Shown piece by piece: positions 54,741-64,000 of a stretch of DNA of 64,000 bases. This stretch comes from Strigamia acuminata (taxonomy: Eukaryota): contig OX442314.1 of NCBI GenBank assembly GCA_949358305.1, positions 19,716,001-19,780,000 on the forward strand. The letters run 5' to 3'. Position numbers and translations under genes: made by a program. Position 1 is the stretch's first letter, and each line of letters opens with the position of its first letter. A model generated the notes under the pieces. It was not told where the DNA came from. It saw only the letters and a list, made by a program, of their open reading frames with translations, and searched no databases.

Positions 54741-56848
54741 CGAACGACGAAGAAATTACATATGACGATTGCCAAACAACGCATCTTTCAGTAATTAGAA
54801 ATAAAAAATTTAAAACTAATTTTACACGCTTACCTTTTCGTCCGGCCTCCTTGGGAGAATTTATTGGGCAGTGGGAACAAATCACACTAAACCCCTTTGT
54901 ATTGGAATGTCTGTCTGGAATTAAATTCGATTTAGTTTCGGAATTTCTGGAAAAAGAAAACAGAATCGAATATTCTATGTCGGAAGATGAAACGACGGCC
55001 CTATCCTTGGCAGTAGCCGACTTATGTAACCAAGAAATAATTAAAAAAGTCTCCTCAGTGGAAGGAGAAATTCTGAGCCCAATTTTTGCCGTCCCAAAGC
55101 CCGATGGTTCGGTCCGCTTAATTCTAAATTTAAAAAAGTTTAACAAAAATTTGGAATACCATCATTTTAAAATGGCCTCAATTCGTGACGCCATCTCTCT
55201 TTTAAAACCCAATTTATATATGTTCAAAATAGACTTAAAGAACGCTTTCTACCTCCTCGCGATCCATTTCGCTTTTAAGAAACTCGTGCGCTTCACCTGG
55301 CAGGGCCAAATTTACGAATACCAAGCGCTTCCCATGGGTTTAGCTAGCGCGCCAAGAATTTTCACTAAGGTTATGTGCCCTGTCTACGCACATCTGCGAT
55401 CTTGGGGAATAGGAGGTGTGCCTTACCTAGATGACGGCATTTTCCTGTGCAACTCTTTCAATCAGGCTCGGACAGACTGTTCCGATGTAATAAATTTTTT
55501 CCAGAGTTTGGGACTGGCTATCAACTGGGAAAAATCAGAATTTACCCCCACCACCAGAATAGAATTCTTGGGGCTCCTTTTAGACTCTGTCAAAATGGAA
55601 GTAGCTCTTCCAACCAGGAAAATAGAGAAGATCTTGACTTTAGCCAAAAGATTTGCTAACTTAACTTCTACTAAAATTAGGGATTTGGCAATTTTTATAG
55701 GAAATTTAGTTTCGGCAGAACCTGGCCTTCGCCACGGTTTTTGGTACATTAAACCCATCGAGACTTTCAAAACTGGCCAACTGTTTCTCAACAACCATAA
55801 CTACGATGCAATAATTCCCATTTACCCTGACATTAAATCAGAAATAGAATTTTGGTTAGAAACTAGACTGTTCGAACCCAGATCCCTCCTTTCACAAGAC
55901 CCCGATACGGAGATCTTCACTGACGCATCCAATTTGGGTTGGGGCGCCACTTGGGAAGGTTCACATGCCAATGGACAATGATCTTTGGAAGAACAAGAAC
56001 TTCACATAAATGTGAAGGAGTTGATCGCCTTGTGGTTTGCATGGCAATCTTTTGCCCCTTTTGGGGGGAAAAAGCACATCCTTTTCCACTCCGACAGCGC
56101 GACAGTGGTCAGCGTATTCAGAAATCAGGGAAGCAAGGTGCACCTTTTGCACTACTACTCCAGATTAGTCTGGGAACAATCTTGCAAGTTGGGTATTTCC
56201 CTCACAGTTGTACACATTCCCGGAAAAGAGAATGATGTGGCAGATTACCTTTCACGAAATTTCGATTCTACTGACGGCGAATGGAGTTTATCTCCAATTA
56301 TTTTTAACAAATTAATTACACTATTTGGGTCCCCACAAGTTGACTTATTCGCTTCCAGACTGAATTTTAAACTACCAAAATTTTTCTCTTGGGGACCGGA
56401 CCCACTAGCGTGGAAAATTGATGCCTTAGCACATTCTTGGAAATCTATTTACGGTTTTGCTTTCCCTCCTTTCAGCCTGATTCCGAGAATCCTTCAGAAA
56501 ATGCACAAGGATCGAACGACGCTCTTACTCATAGCCCCGAGGTGGTCCGCCCAGAGTTGGTTTGTAACCCTCTTGGAGAGCCTAATAGCTCCACCCTTTC
56601 TGTTCCAAGCCAAAGGGAACTTACTCCTGGAATTCCAGCCGACAGCACCACCACCACTAAAGGGCCTGCAGCTCCTTGGCTGCAAGATATCTGGCGAAAC
56701 CTCACTACAGGAGGCTTTTCAGAAGACGCTGCCACCTTGTACACGGCCGGGTGGCGCCCGACAACCGTCTCGACATATTCTACGGGGGTTCAGAAGTGGC
56801 AGGAATTTTTGGGTCAAGGGTCGCCTGCTAACCTTGATGGACCTTTAA
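54428..56848 (+). pseudogene. DIRS pol: reverse transcriptase - RNase H - adenine methyltransferase-like domain, interrupted by TGA at 55979-55981
   Basis: SPIFAVPKPDGSVRLILNLK, IDLKNAF, ALPMGLASAPRIFTK, YLDD, IEFLG; RNase H IFTDASNLGWG, HINVKEL, HSDSAT, HIPGKENDVADYLSR; MT-like VDLFASRLN, AFPPFSLI, LIAPRW...WF. ORFs 54428-55981 and 55985-56848 are in the same frame. True start uncertain. Confidence 0.93.
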
Positions 56849-57699
56849 CTAACTTCCCTGCAAAAGACCTTGCGCTCGAATCGCTGATCATCAAAACTGC
56901 CAATTTCCTAGCCTTCCGCTTCCAAGAGGGGAAGTCCCACTCCACCATCACCGGGAATCTGGCAGCAATAGTCGCAGCAGGTTGCATTCCCACGGAAGTG
57001 CGCTACGACTACCGCATTGTCAAAATTCTTAAAGGAATCTTCAACACTAAGCCAAACTTGCCCCGATACGTCGCTACTTGGGACGTGGGACTGGCTTTAA
57101 ATTATTTGCGACAACAATGGCCTCATGACACCCTGGACTGGCGTCCACTACAAGAAAAATTGCTAATCCTTTTGGCTCTTACAACTGCGGCAAGGGTGAG
57201 CTCCCTCCAGAGCTTATCACTCTCCGACCTTTCGGTGACATCAGACGCCGCCATTTTTCGGCCATTAACCCTGCACAAACACACTCGGGTGGGCACGCAC
57301 ACCAATTTCAGAATCGCGCCCTTCCCGCAAGACAGATCTGTCTGCCCCTTTACGGCGCTCTCGAGCTTCCTGAAGAAAACAATAAACATTCGAAAAGGAA
57401 CACACCTTTTCCTAACCCAGACTCCGCCCCACTCGGCTCCGTCAAAGGACACCATCCGCAGATGGATTAAATCCTTCTTAAAAAAGATTGGAGTAGACGA
57501 AGCAGTTTTCGGGGCCCATTCTACTCGCGCGGCAGCAACCAGCGCAGCCGCTAATCGTGTACCAGTACAACAAATACTGGAAGTGGCGGGTTGGACATCG
57601 GAGAAAACTTTTGCCAAGTTTTATAACAAACCTATTATTGACCCCAACGCGTTCCAAACCGCAGTGTTACTGCCTCACGCAAATGCTAATGCAAAATAA
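56437..57699 (+). CDS. DIRS tyrosine recombinase, overlapping the MT domain in another frame
   Basis: LLALTTAARVSSL (R), CPF.AL, HSTRAAATS (HxxR), AGWTSEKTFAKFY (W...Y); start codon uncertain. Confidence 0.93.
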   Translation: MEIYLRFCFPSFQPDSENPSENAQGSNDALTHSPEVVRPELVCNPLGEPNSSTLSVPSQRELTPGIPADSTTTTKGPAAPWLQDIWRNLTTGGFSEDAATLYTAGWRPTTVSTYSTGVQKWQEFLGQGSPANLDGPLTNFPAKDLALESLIIKTANFLAFRFQEGKSHSTITGNLAAIVAAGCIPTEVRYDYRIVKILKGIFNTKPNLPRYVATWDVGLALNYLRQQWPHDTLDWRPLQEKLLILLALTTAARVSSLQSLSLSDLSVTSDAAIFRPLTLHKHTRVGTHTNFRIAPFPQDRSVCPFTALSSFLKKTINIRKGTHLFLTQTPPHSAPSKDTIRRWIKSFLKKIGVDEAVFGAHSTRAAATSAAANRVPVQQILEVAGWTSEKTFAKFYNKPIIDPNAFQTAVLLPHANANAK

Positions 57700-60390
57700 A
57701 AAAGAAAAGGAAATAAAAAATAAAAAGAAATCGATTAGAAATTGAATAAATTGAATTATCACCTTTTATACTTGCCAATTTTACTCATTTCTACCTAAAA
57801 TGGGGCTCTAAAGTCTCCTGGGATTCCGGAGATTACTGAGAATGAATGTAATCTCGGCGGAATGAAGCGAGCGGAGCGAGCGAATGAACGCCGAGCGTCG
57901 TTCATTCGATGTAATCGAGGAATAACAGGACCCTCCAACACCTCCCTTTCACTAGCATACTCTATTAATCCTCACACACGGATCTTAAATACATAAATCT
58001 TATCTTACCTTGAAGATTCCTCCCGAGTTGGGAAACGACAACTCCTAATCTTCAATTGTTTTTTCCTTGAGTTTTTTCCTACCCATTTTAGGCTTACTCT
58101 AAAGACTGACGTGACCCGGATGGTAGCGCCATCTCCTGTTATTCCTCGATTACATCGAATGAACGACGCTCGGCGTTCATTCGCTCGCTCCGCTCGCTTC
58201 ATTCCGCCGAGATTACACTCGATCACACTCATTCTTAATCTTGGCCGATCTCGCGGCTCATTTCGTCTGATTTTGCGTTTCAACCTTAACTGGAATCAGA
58301 CCGCAATCGTCCACAAACCCTACGTCACCCAAATCCAAAACCTAAAAGCGAATTATTATACGAAGTACTTTTATTCATAACGGGAACCACAACAATCAGA
58401 AGAAACCATTTACAATTTTTTTCAAAAAAAAGAAAAAAAAAAAAAAAAAAAAATTATTTGCACATTGCATGTTTTTATACAAAAAAATCTCAATAAAACC
58501 TAATGCAATTTTCTGGTTCCATTTATCAAACAAGAGCTATAGCATTGGTATAGTCTTTGCTTCATCTATCTTAGATACTGTACCTAGATTATCTATGGCC
58601 TGTATGTACCGGTGTAATTCATAGATTCATTGATTTCTTTACAAAATAAAGAAGAGTGAAAATGTACCATGTTTTAGTTTTACTGTAACTAACAAAAAAG
58701 TACATAAAAATATGACTCTGCAACCCCCATGGGCAGCCCAACAAATAGCAAATGCTAATAAAGTTGGAAAATGGATTTAAAAACTTATTTTAAATTATTA
58801 ATATTGGCCCTCGTAATGTTTATACATAATGGTATGTTTTAGTACGTTGTGATGTGTTTATTTTTTATATTTGCAATACCCATCGGTTCCTAGCATTTTG
58901 TGTGGACTAGTTTTAGAAATACAACTTTATTTAATTCAAATTGACAAGGTGTTCAAATAGCTAAACTACCTTGACTAACTTGAGTCGTAGCCCCAGTGAA
59001 TTATTTTTAAAGTCACACAAGACAAATATGAGCCCTTCCTTGACATTGGCGGCATAATGCATTTTTCATACATTCAAATTCCAACCCACACAATACACAA
59101 AACCATTTAACTTTTCACTATTCCCACACAAATCTTCCTATCTCTTCAGGTTTTCCTTGTTCGTAATTTGCGGGGCACGTTAAAATAATTTAAATCGGGT
59201 TGCTTTTGGGTCGGCTCCACGGTGCACGTTAAACAATCTCTGCGCTTTCTTGTACATTAATGGCAACGTCAGTGTAGCATCTGGTGTCTGGCTTTCCTAG
59301 AACAGCAATGACAGCAGTCCACCATGTGGACGCAAGGACTGGACTTCTTCCCTTGTCAAATCTGGTGAAGACCGTCTTAAAACTGATTCAGGCATGCTCA
59401 ACTAATCCCTATTGTTTGTCCACTTCAAGATTAGGGAAAGATCAATTCCTAAACCAATCTTGTTAATGATCATTGTTCTAGTTTTGGCCCTCTGGCCGTT
59501 TGAGCCGGATGTGGCCGAAATTGGCAACATGTGTCATCTACCCTATTGTGTTCTCTTGTGTCTTCCGTGGTGTTGCGCTTTTAAAAAAAAAATTCTGGGA
59601 CTTGCGGTGCATTGAAGCATTGTTTACTACGCTACACTAGTAAACCGAAAATAAAAGTTAATTAACCAACACTCACATTCCTGTTAGCTTCTTAAGTCAC
59701 ACAAAATTCCATGATAATGATTTCACATTAAACTTAGGAAACATAGGAATGTTCATTTGTCAGGTTTAAAACTTTACACGCATTTAAAAATAGAAACTGT
59801 TTTTTACTAAAGTGAATGTTAACTCGACCACCCTCTATTTCTCGGTGAAAAAAAAAACAAGTTTATTATTCAGTCATTGCTCAATTTGGCCTAGCCACAC
59901 TTCTCTTTCTCGCTCTGAAACGATTCAGTTCACTCCGAGATCTAAGCAAGGTTTAATCGGTGAGGCACCATTAAATTGCTTCGTAGCCATTCGAATAATA
60001 AAAAAGCTTACAAACCACTATATTTCTCTTACTAACAAGGGGAGGGCACCAATAAGCTATCACAGATTGTTGTAATATTAAACAAGAAGGATTGTTATAT
60101 CATGCTGAATGAGACCCTAAAATAATTTCATTCCATAAACAGCCAACAATGCAAACAATGAGCTGAAAGTTGGCACTATTTTGTCTGTGTATACATCAAA
60201 TCTGAGCAATCAGGCCTAGTGTATGAATACTGTAAACAACAGTTGCTAGGTAAAAAATAGTTCCAAGATCTAAGTTCAATTTTATCATTTGAGATTCAAT
60301 GATGTCATTTCCTCTTTTGATATCACATGACATATGACATCAGAACTTTGTTCAACAACATGACTGTCTTCATGAAGACAATAATAGTTT

Positions 60391-60462
60391 GTAGTGGTGG
60401 TCCAGTGGTTAAAGCAATGGACTAGGTATCTTTCCACACAGGTTCAAATCCTGTTGAGTGTG
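60391..60462 (+). pseudogene. tRNA-Ser(AGA)-derived pseudogene or SINE head
   Basis: GTAGTGGTGGTCCAGTGGTTAAAGCAATGGACTAG...CAGGTTCAAATCCTGTTGA resembles eukaryotic tRNA-Ser; A and B boxes present; anticodon and variable arm damaged, acceptor stem broken. Confidence 0.8.
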
Positions 60463-60633
60463 AAAATTTTTACATTTATTTTTGTTAAATTTTAGCAGTT
60501 ATTTTAATGTTTGTAATTTTATATTTGTTTTCAGAAAATTTTAATTTGATTAATTTTAATTTTTTAACAAATATAAAATTACAAACATTAAAATAACTGC
60601 TAAAATTTAACAAAAAATGAATGTAAAAATTTT

Positions 60634-60705
60634 CACACACAACAGGATTTGAACCTGTGTGGAAAGATAGCTAGTCCATTGCCTTAACCACTGGACCACC
60701 ACTAC
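60634..60705 (-). pseudogene. Mirror copy of the tRNA-Ser-derived sequence
   Basis: Reverse complement of 60391-60462 with 3 differences. Confidence 0.8.
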
Positions 60706-63700
60706 AAACTATTATTGTCTTCATGAAGACAGTCATGTTGTTGAACAAAGTTCTGATGTCATATGTCATGTGATATCAAAAGAGGAAATGACATCATTGA
60801 ATCTCAAATGATAAAATTGAACTTGGATCTTGGAACTATTTTTTACCTAGCAACTGTTGTTTACAGTATTCATACACTAGGCCTGATTGCTCAGATTTGA
60901 TGTATACACAGACAAAATAGTGCCAACTTTCAGCTCATTGTTTGCATTGTTGGCTGTTTATGGAATGAAATTATTTTAGGGTCTCATTCAGCATGATATA
61001 ACAATCCTTCTTGTTTAATATTACAACAATCTGTGATAGCTTATTGGTGCCCTCCCCTTGTAAGTTACAAACTTCTTTTCAGATTGATCACGAATGCTTT
61101 TAAACCAATTATAAAGAAGCACTCTGATTGATTCAAAACATTTTACTGCAAAACAAATTATTTCGGAAACAGTTGCCAAGTGCACTCAAATTTTTCTTTC
61201 AACTGAGAGTAAAGGATAATGGTCAACTCTTACACAAGGCACTGAATAATTCAAAAGAAAAAGTCACTTTCTCTTTTGCTGCTGTCAAGTCCATGTGCAG
61301 TAGGCGTGCCTTCAGCAACTAACATCCTTAAATTATTAAGTTGTACTCTCTTAAGGCTGGCATAGACGAAGAAAGACATGAGTACACGTCCAATAGTAGT
61401 TCAAACACATCACTTGTGATGAAAAAATATGAGCAAATTGCACTTTGCCAAGTCAAACAAAGCGAAAAAAATGTAAAATGAAGTACTGGAGCATCCGTTT
61501 GAACATAAGGTCAATGTGTTCATTTCTACTTGCACTTTTAGCATTATAGGTTATGAGTGCATTTCCTCATGAGTGGCACCGTGTACTCCTAGATATAGGT
61601 CAAGTGCAGTGACTGTTAAGTGTTAATCTTGTACTAATTAAAATAAAAAATTTAAAAAATAATTAATTACTTTGTGAATTGTAATGATCCCAAAAATCAA
61701 CTTGGATTTTTTTAAGGAACTATTCTTGTCTTTTACTTTTTTCATTTATTTCGGTTTTTGTGAGTTATCTTGCTACAAGCTCATGATAGTCTTGCGTTGG
61801 CCTTTGCCCTGGCTGAGACAGGATGTGACGACTTCCTGTGAGGAAAAACTTTTTCTTTTCCTCAATCTGTCTGCTACAATATTTCAACCGAAACGTATCA
61901 CACTTGTCATCACCCTGTTCACAAAACAAGAATTAAGGTTGATAGTAATCTTGCAGATTCATTCTCTTAGTTAAGTAAAGCCCGTTTGATCCAGAACTCA
62001 GTTTTTAGTCCCTTTTTTGAGTAAAAAAAAGTAGAAATTTCTCAAGTTTCTCCAAGCTGAAGAAGTGAGAACCAATTTAATCCGAGATGAGCATTATGAG
62101 CCTCATCCGACAAGATTGACCAGATACAGCTAGTAGGGTAATCCATACAAAATGGTACTTATAATACTACGTTTACATGCACCTAATATTTTGAGTGGTG
62201 AAAAAATCAAATTGTTCTGTTTACATGCAGAAAATAATTCGTGATCACTTTCAATTTTCGACCAATGGGGAAGTGCCAGAAGCGATGCACGCATGCGCAA
62301 TAAAAATAGTTCAAGTTCACTCGAATTAAACAACCTTTTGCAAGGGATTATTCACCACTCGAATAATCCTTGTCATCCCTGTTTACATAACAGTCGAGTG
62401 AGATAAAATATTCAGTGTATGTAAACGTAATCAGGTATTTAGATGGTCACGAATAAGCGCAGAATTAATCTGACATTTAAGTTAAACGATAATCCAGAAT
62501 CGTTCAGTTGATCGTTCGCAACAGCTCGGAATATTTCCCGTCACCAGCTTTGCAGATTGCGAAGAATTCATCGAAGTGAGCAAACCGAAGCCATCGTTGG
62601 ATTTAGACGAAAAGCAATTCATCAACCGACTTGGGCAAACAAGTGGATCGAAGACCAGAGAAGATTTACTGAATTCCACTACTTGGGGCAAAACAAGTAG
62701 TGCAAGTCCAACTGAATCTTCATTATTCATGTTTTATAATTTATTCAATAACCTTATTATTTATTCATGCCATTTAGTTATGTATAACTACTAACTTTCG
62801 CGAATCTACCCTAGACTGTACTATACCGTAGCTGCATTCAAAAAGTTGTTTTAAGTGATTTAGGTGTTTGTCCTTTTCTTTTTATATCTTTTAACAATCA
62901 CAAAACAAAAACAAAAACACTTAACACACAATTTTTGTACTCCTGTTTTAAGACTATAGACACAAAAACCAATACAAATAAAACACTTAAAACGACTTTT
63001 TCAGTGCGATTAGTAATAGTTTTAACAATATCAAAAGTAAAAAAAAATAAACACAAACAAAAAGAAAAACAAAACAAAAGTTAAAAGTAACAAAATGAAA
63101 AAAAAACAGTAACAAGTCCTGAATCCAACCTTTAAACCATGCTCAACTGCCTAGCCATTTAAGCCAATTTACACAGCGTTATTCTCTTGCATTGACAATT
63201 TATGGCAAGCAGAGTTCATCCTAGTAAAGGCGATAATCGCCACGTGACTTTTGTGGCACTAGGTTAAAACTCAGCAGCTACAACGCACGGTTGCTAACGA
63301 TGCTATTTACACTGATGAGAAAATGCTACTGTCACCTTTAAACAGACAGCGTCCTCTCTGGAGACCGAGTGCCAAGCCTTCTCTCTTGATAAATCTTTCA
63401 GGCAAAACTTCTTTAATTACTCAGTTCGGGCTTTAATGGCAGCCACGCATCACGTGATTCAACCTCAACCCTCCACATCACTCCCCATCTTACCCTAACT
63501 TTCCCTTTTCTTCCCCATAGGCGATAAAAGTGTTCATTACGCCCCCGCACCAAATCCCCTCGAGGAAAAAAAATCAGTGACGTAAGACATCGCGTGAACA
63601 CGAGCCATTTGAACGAGGAAAGAGAGACGCGAAAGTACGAGGGGGAAGGGAGGAAGCAGGTGGGTGACAGAGGAAAAAAGCGTCGCGTGCTCATTAATGC

Positions 63701-64000
63701 GGGAAAAAAATGGTTCACCTGCCCAACGTAGATGGGAACACACCTATTGTTTTAGTGAAAATTAATGTGCACTTCCTAGAAAAAGCTGTGAATAAAATAG
63801 GCGAAGTGTTTTTGTTTGCGGAATTTAATTTAGAAAAATTGAAAATCGAACGCACTAACTAAGAAAAAGAGGTGAAGTGTCAAACCGTAACCGCAGATTA
63901 AAAGGAAATTGGGGGAAAAAGAAAAGAAGCCAAAAGTTTAATTTATCGTGCGGGCAAAAAAGCAAAACAAGTGCTCAATGTTGTATTATAGATTTAGCTC

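Larger units (their letters stand above)
53507..58217 (+). mobile_element. DIRS1-like tyrosine-recombinase retrotransposon, full length (4.7 kb)
   Basis: gag, RT-RNaseH-MT and YR ORFs; 34-bp perfect ITRs 53535-53568 / 58105-58138; internal complementary region 57814-57930 is the exact reverse complement of the left end (53507-53541) and right end (58134-58217). Confidence 0.96.
60036..61060. repeat. ~1-kb near-perfect palindrome (foldback element or inverted duplication)
   Basis: Arms 60036-60529 and 60566-61060; about 5 substitutions and 1 indel counted by eye; 36-nt AT-rich spacer; TAA on both flanks (60033-35, 61061-63). Confidence 0.95.

Noticed and set aside
55979..55981. Selenocysteine or programmed readthrough in DIRS pol
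   Set aside because: Position matches a conserved Trp; a single G>A change is simpler.
60391..60705. Functional tRNA genes
   Set aside because: Acceptor stem and anticodon/variable arm are disrupted.
62482..62730. 82-aa ORF as a gene
   Set aside because: No recognisable motif or clear splice structure.
62835..63180. Short inverted repeat and weak tRNA-like A/B boxes on the minus strand
   Set aside because: Too degenerate to define an element.

Overview
Eukaryotic, AT-rich, intron-rich animal DNA, most likely an arthropod (inferred from short ~55-85 nt introns and the RERE sequence; species not determinable by eye). The first 26 kb is gene-dense: the 3' part of RERE/Atrophin (Grunge) (+, stop 9614); a 7-exon gene that the ORF track splits into fragments and that assembles into a 304-aa divergent RhoGAP-like protein with an N-terminal MGIWCCC motif and no obvious arginine finger (+, 11496-12817); three tandem paralogous small secreted peptides, each with two C-x2/4-C-x9/10-CC-x5-CC modules resembling the penaeidin cysteine domain (+, 13024-15176); a ~1012-aa secreted low-complexity protein with a Met-rich repeat (+, 17490-20528); and SMG8 (-, 26091-21989). 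About 26-46 kb has no recognisable large gene but holds promoter-like CpG-rich islands, hairpins and a candidate 58-aa smORF. About 46.5-61 kb is transposon-rich: a deleted Mutator/FLYWCH element with a 9-bp TSD, a small non-autonomous Gypsy-type LTR element, a full-length but disabled DIRS1-like tyrosine-recombinase retrotransposon with all terminal structures resolvable, and a ~1-kb near-perfect palindrome carrying two tRNA-Ser-derived copies. All family assignments are from motif recognition by eye; no searches were run.
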